Assembly (NCBI GenBank): GCA_019056805.1
Contig: DXJG01000002.1
Coordinates: 191,053-223,052 of the forward strand
DNA length: 32,000 nucleotides
Source: Candidatus Baldrarchaeota archaeon
GTDB taxonomy: Archaea > Asgardarchaeota > Baldrarchaeia > Baldrarchaeales > DXJG01
Direction: 5' to 3'
Below are positions 19,455-28,503 of this stretch, piece after piece (the first letter of the stretch is position 1; every line of letters starts with the position of its first letter). The notes beneath the pieces are model-generated. The model was not told the origin of the DNA. It did no database searches and saw nothing but the letters and a program-made list of their open reading frames with translations. Both the position numbers and the translations under genes were made by a program.

Positions 19455-19520
19455 AGGTTCAGTCCGCCCGTCGTCCACATCCACGAGGTCAGTACTGCAA
19501 TGGAACATCATCACCCAACA
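19455..19520 (-). ncRNA. Box C/D guide sRNA predicted to direct 16S rRNA Cm1402 (E. coli numbering)
   Basis: Minus strand: C GTGATGA (19514-19508), D' CTGA (19492-19489), C'-like TGGATGT and D CTGA (19462-19459). D guide CGACGGGCGG is complementary to CCGCCCGUCG. Confidence 0.85.
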
Positions 19521-20154
19521 TACGATACAAATACTATTAACGGTTGTTAACTAATAAATTTATCTTACCGGGTTCTGTTAACTTACTGTTGGTATAAAGA
19601 CTCACGGATATACGAAGTATCGAATGAAATAAAAGACTTGAGCTTAGTCGAAGATGAAGATGTTTGTACGTTGTTAGGCTTTTTCATAACCTATAATCTT
19701 GGACTTAAAATTTCTTCATCACACCTTTTGGTTCTTCGATTTCTCTATCTATTGCTTCAATACACCCTTTGATAAGCATCCTTAATTTTCCTGGTCTAGT
19801 TCTTTCATATTTTTAGATAGATTTTTTCTTGTTACCAATGCAGGAAGAGGTTCACTAGGACTTGATGATAAAACTGTACCTGGAGCCGAAGGAGGGTCTG
19901 AGAGATCAACAGCCGTAATAACCAAACTGTCTCCTAACATCCTTAACATTCCTTAAAATGGACGGTTAGGAGAATGGTGGTTAGTAGTAAAGATTTTCGG
20001 AAATATATATTCTATAAGGAGGGCAAAAATCTTGCCACATTAGCAACTAGAATCATAAGTGTGGAGAAAATCTGAATGAGCGAGAATAATTAAAATTCCA
20101 AAGGGCCATGGGTGTTAAGTTGCCTCTGATGACACAAAAAATGTGAGGGAGTGG

Positions 20155-22254
20155 TTAAAGTTCTGGATTTATGAGAAGTCCTGCCTTCACAAGTTCGAGC
20201 TTGTTCTTTAACTCTGTTATTCTATTGTGCAACATGAGAAGTCTTGACGCAGAAGTTAACAGTTTTGCTCCGAGCGCAATGTCCTGCACGAACCCCAAAA
20301 CCATCATGAAGGTACTAAAGGTTTCACTAACATTTCCCAGTACTCTTTCAACCAAAAGTTCAATGAAGCTTTCCCAACTTTCTTCTATGGCCTGATATAG
20401 ATCCATCATGAATGAATAGTCTATTTCTTCCATCCCCGGTATTGTGCCCAGTAATAGTTTCTCGATTCTTTCAGTCAACATTTCCCATGCCTCTTTATGT
20501 AGTAAAAGTTCCTTCATGTATTCTCTCGCCACTCTAGCTAGTTCTTTGGTGATCCGTTCGATGTCATGTTGCCTCTGTTTCTCGAGATCCGTCCTGTCCA
20601 ACTCTTCTTGTACTCTCTGTATCTGTTCGGAAAGTCCACTCTCCTTCAATATGTCCTCGACATAATCTATCGGTTCATCCACAAGTTCTTTCAGAGGAGT
20701 TGAGAGTTCTTTATCTATCATTTCGTGATCTATCTTAAGCATGCTTTTCAGAAATGACAAGAAGGCCACTCTCAGTACCGGATTCACCTGCAAGGCGTTC
20801 TTGTTTGTCTCGTACATTTTGACGAGATCTTCTTTGGTTTTGATCGTCCGCATAAGTTTGTCCTGTAAGGTCCTGATGGTCATCCTAGTAGGTTCATCGA
20901 TCTCTATGGGTTTTACTATTTCCTCAGGAGCAGCAAGTTTTGGTGGCTTCAGCTTTGTCGCCTTTGATGCAACCTCTTTCAACTTCCTTACCTTCTTTTT
21001 GACTTTCTTAGGCTTAGGTGGTTTGGGCTTTTTCGGCTTGGCAATCACTTTCTTCTTTATACGAACCTCCACTTCCCTCTTCGGTTTCTTGGGCACCCGC
21101 TCGACTTCCGGTTTCGTGACCTTTGTTGCAATTTCTTTCGGCAATTTTACCTCAATTTCCTCTATTTTCACTTTACTTTTTATTTTATTCACCATTGCTT
21201 TTTCGATATCACTTATCGGTGGTATTATTTTCTCGATATCGCATTCTTCTGGTGCCATCTTCTTCTTTGCCTTCTTAACCTTAACAGTATACTTAATATG
21301 ATCCTTAAAGGAATTGGTGGGAAGAGGTGGTATTTGTTGCACTCGTCCATCCGGAGTGATACTTATATTATAAATCTCTTCACTGACGACGGTATGAATC
21401 TCATCACACTCAACAATCAACGGAAATCCGACAAATGCCACCTTACCAGTGGCTTTACACTCACTTCTAGAAATGGAAAAAGTCTCAAACTTACCGCCGT
21501 CCTTGGCGTGGCCTCTGTGTATGTTCCTTTTGTGCTCAAATGATTCATACGTAAATTCATATGCGCTTATCGTAATGTCTTCAGAAATTTGGTAGGGAAT
21601 CTTTTTCCCCAACTTTATTGTCAAGTGAAAATCTCCTGATACTGTATCATAAACGGACATTCCAGCTTTTTCGGATCTGCCTTCGGAGGATATGGGTTTC
21701 TTTATGGCAAAACTTTTTCCTTCCTCAAATGGGAGTAGCTTTTCGAAGTCCGAGTAGTAGACAGAAACATTGGAATACCTCTTAACAATACCAGGTGCGT
21801 GTAGAATCCATAAAGTTCCATAAGGACTCCCACTAGCCCTAGAAATCTCTTCCATAATTCCCTTATCCGATTTTATTGATACATGTTTATAAGCCTCCAT
21901 ATGATCTCCGGATACTTCAATGAATATCTTCCGCTTAGTCCTAGAACCAGCAAAACTGGTAATAGATGTATATGTCCACTTATATTCGTCGGGTGAGACG
22001 TAGTATATTCTATGATGGCCTTCAGTGTTTGCGATATAAAAATTATCCTCTAAGATCAGCAGTCCTTTTTCATCAAATATTTGTCTTAGTTTAGGGTGCG
22101 CCAGTTCATAGAATTTCTTATCACCAGATGTCAGAACTCTCACAGTATACTCTATTATATCTTTTAAAACAAATGATCGCTCTTTACTTTGCCATTCTCT
22201 AATACTGGTCTTGACCAAGATGTCCCCACTTTCCAGTTCGAACATCTTGTACAC
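20155..22254 (-). CDS. Hypothetical 699-aa protein (beta-rich N-part, Lys/Pro-rich linker, helical C-part)
   Basis: Long uninterrupted ORF with a GTG start and purine-rich RBS-like AGAAAG. No family recognised. Confidence 0.85.
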   Translation of the reverse strand: MYKMFELESGDILVKTSIREWQSKERSFVLKDIIEYTVRVLTSGDKKFYELAHPKLRQIFDEKGLLILEDNFYIANTEGHHRIYYVSPDEYKWTYTSITSFAGSRTKRKIFIEVSGDHMEAYKHVSIKSDKGIMEEISRASGSPYGTLWILHAPGIVKRYSNVSVYYSDFEKLLPFEEGKSFAIKKPISSEGRSEKAGMSVYDTVSGDFHLTIKLGKKIPYQISEDITISAYEFTYESFEHKRNIHRGHAKDGGKFETFSISRSECKATGKVAFVGFPLIVECDEIHTVVSEEIYNISITPDGRVQQIPPLPTNSFKDHIKYTVKVKKAKKKMAPEECDIEKIIPPISDIEKAMVNKIKSKVKIEEIEVKLPKEIATKVTKPEVERVPKKPKREVEVRIKKKVIAKPKKPKPPKPKKVKKKVRKLKEVASKATKLKPPKLAAPEEIVKPIEIDEPTRMTIRTLQDKLMRTIKTKEDLVKMYETNKNALQVNPVLRVAFLSFLKSMLKIDHEMIDKELSTPLKELVDEPIDYVEDILKESGLSEQIQRVQEELDRTDLEKQRQHDIERITKELARVAREYMKELLLHKEAWEMLTERIEKLLLGTIPGMEEIDYSFMMDLYQAIEESWESFIELLVERVLGNVSETFSTFMMVLGFVQDIALGAKLLTSASRLLMLHNRITELKNKLELVKAGLLINPEL

Positions 22255-22300
22255 CTTTCTTGACCTTTATAATAATCCTTTCTTGACCTTATATAATAAT
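22254..22300. repeat. Tandem imperfect direct repeat (23 + 24 bp)
   Basis: CCTTTCTTGACCTTTATAATAAT (22254-22276) is followed by CCTTTCTTGACCTTATATAATAAT (22277-22300). Confidence 0.85.
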
Positions 22301-22563
22301 ACTCTCGCCCGAAGATATCGATCTACAAATTCTTGAGTGACATTACAAATAAGACGGGTCTAGGGGGAAGATATTCTTGTTGTTTTCCGGATTACAATTA
22401 AAGGGAAATAGAGAGAAGGATTAAGCTTATTGAATGGTAGTCTTCTTCGAAAATAACTGAAGTTTTAGGTAAATGGTGTAGACATCTTGCAGGATTTATG
22501 CTTCTAAGATTAAAGTTCAATGTTGTTGATAAAAACACCAATAAAAACGATATACTTATTCTC

Positions 22564-23169
22564 TTAAATTAATTTCCTTTGTAATAGAGTTGATACGATT
22601 TTTCTTATTTTTTCCTGAACTTTGTTAATGGGTTCTGTTGTATCAATTACTATGTAATTTTTGATTTTTGCTCGTTCTAAAAATATTCCACGAACTTTTT
22701 TAAGAAAGTCTACGTTTTCAAATTTTGTCGATTTTTTTCCTTCTTTCCTTTTTAGTGCTGTTTTAGGATCTATGTCTAATATGATGTTCATGTCTGGTTG
22801 GATTGCGTATTTATTTATTTCAAGTACCCAGGTTGGATCTAGACCTTGAGCTACTTGATAAGCCAAGGAGGATTCGATGTATCGATCGGAAATAACAATA
22901 TTACCTTTTTCAAGCATGGGTTTTATTTCTTCATGTAAATGTAAAATTCTATCAGCAGCAAAAAGAAGCGCATCAACTGCGGGTGGGACTTTTTTGTACA
23001 AAAGATGTCTAATTAACTTACCTATTTGATTTTCTGAAGGCTCCCTAGTTAATAAAACTTCATATCCTTGCTCTTTTAACCATTTTGAAAGCAGAATGCT
23101 ATGTGTCGTGCTTCCAGCTCCGTCAATTCCCTCAAATACTATGAAAACGCCCTTATACTCTCTTGACAT
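22564..23169 (-). CDS. tmk: Thymidylate kinase
   Basis: FIVFEGIDGAGSTT, TREP, LLFAADR, SDRYIESSLAYQ and PDMNIILD. Confidence 0.95.
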   Translation of the reverse strand: MSREYKGVFIVFEGIDGAGSTTHSILLSKWLKEQGYEVLLTREPSENQIGKLIRHLLYKKVPPAVDALLFAADRILHLHEEIKPMLEKGNIVISDRYIESSLAYQVAQGLDPTWVLEINKYAIQPDMNIILDIDPKTALKRKEGKKSTKFENVDFLKKVRGIFLERAKIKNYIVIDTTEPINKVQEKIRKIVSTLLQRKLI

Positions 23170-23257
23170 TCAATTCACCTAAAAATACTGTAAATTATGA
23201 AATATTAGAAGCTTCGTTTATGCAATACTATGCAATGCTTTAAATATATTTTGAGAA

Positions 23258-23485
23258 CTATACTTCTTCAAGAAGTGCTTTCTTGACAATGGCCGAGAAT
23301 TTTTCTCCCCTTTCCTCTTCCATGCTTATATTTCTTTGTTTTTCCCAAAGTTCTCTTTTCAACAGATCTCTAATAGCAACACGAATAGCCTCACTTCTGT
23401 TTGGATAAAACCCTGTTTTGACGAGTTCTTCTATTCCTTCCAGATATACCTCTGGTAATTTCACCGAAATCAGTTTCATCCTCAT
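23258..23485 (-). CDS. Ribbon-helix-helix (CopG/CdrS-like) transcriptional regulator
   Basis: [43 protein letters not shown] at 23485 follows GGTGA. Confidence 0.88.
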   Translation of the reverse strand: MRMKLISVKLPEVYLEGIEELVKTGFYPNRSEAIRVAIRDLLKRELWEKQRNISMEEERGEKFSAIVKKALLEEV

Positions 23486-23657
23486 TTTTGGATCACCAGG
23501 TTTGAATGGTAAGTTGTAATATAAAACCTTTAGTAAAATCATGGTTCTTAAGAAGATTTAAAGGCGCCATATTTTAGGGAAATGTTTAAGTTTTAATTTA
23601 TATATCTACAATTGAATTCACCCTCTTGAAATATTAACATAAAGGAGAACCCAAATT

Positions 23658-24458
23658 ATGGATATTTTGAGAAGAATGGTCCTTGACATTGACATCAAAA
23701 GCCTTAGAGACCCGATATGTATACAAGGGATGCCCGGAATAGCACTTGCTGGAAAAACCGCGGTAGACTATATTATTAAGCTTTCTGATGCTAAAAAATT
23801 TATGGAAGTATGCTATGCAGATTTTCCGCCAAACGTAGTTGTTGAAGGAGACGGCAGAGTTAGAACGGCACAATGTGAATTCTACATATGGAGAAATGAT
23901 AATATCAGTAGAGATTTCATCCTTTTAACAAGCGATTGGCAACCTACTACAATTGCAGGAATGAATGAACTATCAGCACATATAGCTGATGTTTTGAATG
24001 AATTAAAAGTAGAAATGATCGTAGCACTTGCTGCTTCACCCGTTAGCATGCCCAAAAAAGATCCAAAAGTCTTTTTAACCGGCACATCAGGAGAAGTTAT
24101 TGAATTTTTCCGGTCAAAGGATGAAAATTTAATAGTACTCACAGATGGAGTTATTACAGGTATGAACGGCTTAGTACCAATATTAGCAAAAGTTTTTTAT
24201 GATATAGATGGAGCAATTCTCCTTGGAGAGGCAGCTCAAAGAATAGATAGATGGCTTACTCTCTCTAAAGATCTGTCGGCATCCAAGGCACTAGTTAAAA
24301 CTTTAAATAGAGTATTTGGTTTCAACCTAGACACGTCTCAGTTAGACGAAGAAACAGAAAAAATGTTTAAGTTACTCGATGAGATAAGGGTAAAAACAGC
24401 TAAAAGAGTGAAAACAATCAAAAAAGAAGAAAGGAGAGAACCTGAATATATTGGGTGA
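23658..24458 (+). CDS. PAC2-family (proteasome assembly chaperone-like) protein
   Basis: QGMPGIALAGKTAVDYI, DFPPNVVV, LLTSDWQP and ITGMNGLVP...GAILLGE...ASKALVKTL. Confidence 0.85.
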   Translation: MDILRRMVLDIDIKSLRDPICIQGMPGIALAGKTAVDYIIKLSDAKKFMEVCYADFPPNVVVEGDGRVRTAQCEFYIWRNDNISRDFILLTSDWQPTTIAGMNELSAHIADVLNELKVEMIVALAASPVSMPKKDPKVFLTGTSGEVIEFFRSKDENLIVLTDGVITGMNGLVPILAKVFYDIDGAILLGEAAQRIDRWLTLSKDLSASKALVKTLNRVFGFNLDTSQLDEETEKMFKLLDEIRVKTAKRVKTIKKEERREPEYIG

Positions 24459-24475
24459 AATATGAGGCTTAAATT

Positions 24476-24775
24476 ATGCAGAAAAAAGAAGATCTAGAGA
24501 AAATTTCAAAGGCTATTTACGAAGAACTGCAACGTTTAGACCTGGAGAACATGCTTGTAAATGTCATAAGGTCTTTAGTTAAAGAAGTTTTAGAGAAAAA
24601 AATTACGTCAGTGATAGACGATATAGATTTTCCATTACTTTTAAAAACTGCCATAAAGGAAATATTAGAACCAATTATATTAAAGTCGGTTGAAGAATCA
24701 ATAGGTGAAAAATTACCGATTTTAAGACTAATAGAGGAAAGCAGAAAACGCGATGACCGTGAATTATTGAAATGA
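24476..24775 (+). CDS. Hypothetical small helical protein (99 aa)
   Basis: ORF directly follows PAC2 and has amphipathic helical periodicity. No family recognised. Confidence 0.7.
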   Translation: MQKKEDLEKISKAIYEELQRLDLENMLVNVIRSLVKEVLEKKITSVIDDIDFPLLLKTAIKEILEPIILKSVEESIGEKLPILRLIEESRKRDDRELLK

Positions 24776-24832
24776 TGTAAATCCGGTTCGCGGAGACATT
24801 TGTCGATGAAGATCCCCTACCTACTGATCAAT
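24765..24832 (+). ncRNA. Box C/D guide sRNA candidate (16S central domain)
   Basis: C-like ATGATGT (24772-24778), D'-like CGGA (24791), C'-like TCGATGA (24803), D CTGA (24824-24827), and flanking ATTGA/TCAAT. AATCCGGTTCGC is complementary to GCGAACCGGAUU. Confidence 0.75.
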
Positions 24833-24969
24833 ATTACAAAATGCCTCAGACAAAATTGCATATAATTAGATGAGAAAAGTGATTATATAGAGAAAATCGT
24901 TATTTGATTTGAGAAGAACACGGTTAACTTTTTAGGTTATGGTTAAGATATTATATTGGAGGTTACTAC

Positions 24970-27900
24970 TTGCGAAAGTCGCAAAATATCAGAAACTTCC
25001 TTTTAACTGGAAGGTGCAAAGTCGCGATATTACTAATATTATTTATATTACTGTTGAGTCTTTACATTCTAACAGCAAATTCCAGCATCTCATTTTTAAC
25101 TAAACAGTCTCAAGAACCATATGATGAAATACCACCATATTCTCCATCCTCTATACCATCTGGAACCTTCCCACTTAGTGGTAGCTGGGCTCAAGAAATT
25201 TTTGAAAATATATCACTATCAGAAAACGTAACATTAGAAGAAGTTGATTGGCTTTATTATCTAACATACCAAGGAATAGAAGACTTAGAAAAAATATTAT
25301 TTACAGTCTACCCTGAAAACCCGCCTAGATACTGGAGAATTACAGCTTATGACAATTACACAGGTAGAGTAGGAGATTCTGCAGGTAGATGGACACATCT
25401 AAACGAAACAACATCCCCATTAGGATACGCCCCTTCTCCTAATTCACTTAACTACACTGTAATAATGGACATAGACTATAATACTCGTTTCATACGTAAT
25501 CTTCCAGTCCTTTGGCCGGACCCCCTAATATTAAGCGGGTCCCTTGAAATCGGTGTCGAGCCTCTACGATATGAACTGCTTATTGATAATTATCAAGGCG
25601 TTATTTTTAATGCAACTTTTACAGACTCTGGATCTACAACTCTAAAATATAAAGTCTCATATGTCCCTGTCAATTTAACAGAGGTTAGACTTAATGCTCT
25701 GCCACCAAACTATACTCCTGATGAAATTGCTAATGTTTACACGAGTCTTCCACCATTATCTCAAGATGTTTATAATTTTGCATCTCAATTTGCAGATAAA
25801 GGTGAAAATACCTTTGAAACAGCGTTAATAGTTCTAAGATATTTTCAAGTCACTTTTGAATACGATTACGAAATGCTATTTGGAACTTCAACTGACCCTG
25901 GCCCAGCTCAAGACCAAGACTATGTTGAATGGTTTTTACAAAGAGGCAAGGGACTTTCGATACACTTTGCCACAGCCTACGTTGTAACGCTTAGAATTTT
26001 AGGGATACCAGCAAGGATGGTTTTTGGCTTTCTACCTGGAGAGGAAAGTGGAAACGGTAGAGTCATAAAAAATAAACATTTACACTTTTGGGCAGAAGTT
26101 TGGATACCCACATCGACAACTGGCGATGGAGTCTGGGTACCCTTCGATCCAGCACCTCCAGGTTATTTAGAGGCTTTAAACACTGAGAGAGATTCCTATG
26201 TAATAAATCCAAAATACACATTGACTCTTGAAGCATCTCAAGGAAATGTTACAAGAGGGGTACCAGTTAATTTAACGGCAACTTTGCTAAGTGATGGCGA
26301 GCCTTTGACTGGCGAGATAATAACCTTTACCGATATGTATGATCTCTTAACATTGAATGGTGCAACGAGAGTAACGAACGATAGTGGAGTAGCAGTTCTA
26401 ACACTGATCTTCAATGATACATCTATTGTAGGCTTTCATGTAATTATAGCAAGTTGGAAAATTCTGAGTAATCAAACTACCGTAGTTTTGATGGGTAACA
26501 CCACTATTTCAGTTACTGTTACGCCAAGCGAAGTAGCAAGAACCGAAATAGCACAAATAAGAGGAAGTTTGTGTGACGCTAAAAATGGAAGAGGACTGCC
26601 CAATCATCAGGTAACAATTATCTGGGGTGAAGGGAATTTTACCGATGTTCTTTACACGACAACCTCATCAGATGGTAGCTTTAATTACAACTATAGGGTA
26701 CCCCTTGATCATCCACTGGGTAATACTACGGTTCAGGCAATTTACGAAGGATATCCTCTTCTCATCTCGCCTTCGTCCAATGTTACAAATGTAACTGTTG
26801 TTGCTAACGTTAGACTCGTTATATATGCAACTCCAAATGAAGTTAGATGGAATGAAACAGTAATAATAGAGGGGGCACTATTACTTGATAATTCCACTCC
26901 TCTTTCATATCAAAATCTTACTATTTATTGGGATAATTCAACGGTTGAAGGAGGGCTATATGTTCTTGGAGTTGTTACAACCGATGAAAGCGGAAGTTAT
27001 AATTTTACCATAAATATTCCAATAAATCACCCTCTAGGTTTTTCACAAGTCTTTTGCAGCTATAATTCCACAATTAAATACGTAAAAAGCGGGAATTCTT
27101 CAAAATTACAAATTCTAATTTACGAGTATGTAAATATTTATGTTAATGTTTCTTTAACCAGAGTTGGACGTAATGCATCGATTACGGTATTCGGAAATAT
27201 GACTGGTGAATACTATGATGAACCAATTGAAGATGCAACTATTCTAATTTTGTTTAACAACACAAATATCGGAGTTAGTAATCTTACAAATGTATATGGA
27301 CAATTTACAGTCACATTTAACGTTCCATCTCAGCTAGACGTTGGAGTTTACATTGTTCGTGTCACTATCAGTAACCCGCCATGGTATAAGCCCTATCCAG
27401 GCAGTGGCGAGTATTCTTACATAATTGTTTACGGTTTTCCAATCATAAGAGTAAGTACTTCGCCCCTCTATTTATTACCGGGGGAGCAGTTAAATATTAC
27501 AGGAACGATACGTGACGAAAGAGGTGACCCTGTACGAAACGCAGAAATACATGCAATGATTAACGGCGAAATTCTAGCTAATTTAACAAGTAATAGTCGA
27601 GGAGCATTCATAGGAAGCTTAATAATTCCGTCAGAGGTTTCTGATCCTAACTTAACAATAATATTCTTCTATGAAGAAACTACTTTCTATAATTCTTCGA
27701 TTTCAAGTGCTAAAGTATTTATCTTTGAAAATGCAACTATTACGTTATTTGTAAATAATACAAATTACTTGGAAGCTTACCCTGGGGAAGGCTTAATAAT
27801 AACTGGAAGCGTTGTAGACGAACATAACCGGTATATCATAGATAGAGAACTTAAATTGTACATAAATGAGACCATTCAACATGTATACCTAGATAAAGAA

Positions 27901-28503
27901 GGCAACTTTACAGTGTTTTACATACTTCCAGAAAATGTAAGTCCAGGCAATATGACAATATACGCTGTACTTGAAGCAGAAACCGAGTTTAGATCAAACG
28001 AGGTTATTGTATTAATTAATGTGAGGGAACAAGGAATGTGGGAAATAAATATACCGGTATATGTACTTTACATAATAGTTGCATCTATATTTGCTGCATC
28101 TTCGACGTTTATTTTCTTCAAAAAACTATTAAAAGGAAGAAAGGGAAGACGAAAAGTACCAGAAATCGATCTTTCTTCACCAATAATGGCTATAAATAGG
28201 CATGTAAGACAAGCAAAGTTCAAAGAGGCAATAATAGAAGCTTATAATCTATTTGAAAAAATACTTAAAGTCTATTTTAATGTGGAACGCCCTAACTCCT
28301 TAACTCCAAGGGAATTTGCCATAAACATTGTGAAAGAGTATAGATTGAACCCCGATGCTACGTATCTCTTAATCAAAATGTACGAAAAGGCAAGATTCAG
28401 TCCACATGAGGTTGGGCTTGAAGACTACAACAGTTTTGTAAAAGCATTTTCCACAATTTATAGACAAATTACTGGGAGAGCGTTGGAACTTGCCCAAAAG
28501 TAA
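24970..28503 (+). CDS. Membrane-anchored surface protein: transglutaminase-like domain, Ig-like repeats, TM helix and DUF4129-like C-terminus
   Basis: N-terminal TM/signal, YWRITAYD, GLSIHFATA..HFWAEVW..WVPFDP, repeated beta-sandwich units rich in N-x-S/T, TM near residue 1030, and C-terminal TPREFA...YEKARFS. Confidence 0.88.
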   Translation: MRKSQNIRNFLLTGRCKVAILLILFILLLSLYILTANSSISFLTKQSQEPYDEIPPYSPSSIPSGTFPLSGSWAQEIFENISLSENVTLEEVDWLYYLTYQGIEDLEKILFTVYPENPPRYWRITAYDNYTGRVGDSAGRWTHLNETTSPLGYAPSPNSLNYTVIMDIDYNTRFIRNLPVLWPDPLILSGSLEIGVEPLRYELLIDNYQGVIFNATFTDSGSTTLKYKVSYVPVNLTEVRLNALPPNYTPDEIANVYTSLPPLSQDVYNFASQFADKGENTFETALIVLRYFQVTFEYDYEMLFGTSTDPGPAQDQDYVEWFLQRGKGLSIHFATAYVVTLRILGIPARMVFGFLPGEESGNGRVIKNKHLHFWAEVWIPTSTTGDGVWVPFDPAPPGYLEALNTERDSYVINPKYTLTLEASQGNVTRGVPVNLTATLLSDGEPLTGEIITFTDMYDLLTLNGATRVTNDSGVAVLTLIFNDTSIVGFHVIIASWKILSNQTTVVLMGNTTISVTVTPSEVARTEIAQIRGSLCDAKNGRGLPNHQVTIIWGEGNFTDVLYTTTSSDGSFNYNYRVPLDHPLGNTTVQAIYEGYPLLISPSSNVTNVTVVANVRLVIYATPNEVRWNETVIIEGALLLDNSTPLSYQNLTIYWDNSTVEGGLYVLGVVTTDESGSYNFTINIPINHPLGFSQVFCSYNSTIKYVKSGNSSKLQILIYEYVNIYVNVSLTRVGRNASITVFGNMTGEYYDEPIEDATILILFNNTNIGVSNLTNVYGQFTVTFNVPSQLDVGVYIVRVTISNPPWYKPYPGSGEYSYIIVYGFPIIRVSTSPLYLLPGEQLNITGTIRDERGDPVRNAEIHAMINGEILANLTSNSRGAFIGSLIIPSEVSDPNLTIIFFYEETTFYNSSISSAKVFIFENATITLFVNNTNYLEAYPGEGLIITGSVVDEHNRYIIDRELKLYINETIQHVYLDKEGNFTVFYILPENVSPGNMTIYAVLEAETEFRSNEVIVLINVREQGMWEINIPVYVLYIIVASIFAASSTFIFFKKLLKGRKGRRKVPEIDLSSPIMAINRHVRQAKFKEAIIEAYNLFEKILKVYFNVERPNSLTPREFAINIVKEYRLNPDATYLLIKMYEKARFSPHEVGLEDYNSFVKAFSTIYRQITGRALELAQK

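Noticed and set aside
19705-19949. Two short minus-strand ORFs (about 52-55 aa and 24 aa) that could be a frameshifted gene remnant
   Set aside because: No recognisable motif or convincing RBS, so a pseudogene call cannot be supported without a homology search.
20000-20154. CTGA and CTGATGA motifs downstream of the orphan gene as a fourth C/D RNA
   Set aside because: No properly ordered C...D pair with guide-length spacing was found.
22261-22300. TTGACC and TATAAT hexamers resembling a bacterial sigma70 promoter
   Set aside because: The two hexamers are only 2-3 nt apart within a repeat unit, and the context is archaeal.
22254-22300. Tandem repeat as a possible mini-CRISPR
   Set aside because: Copies are directly adjacent with no spacer, there are only two units, and no cas genes are present.
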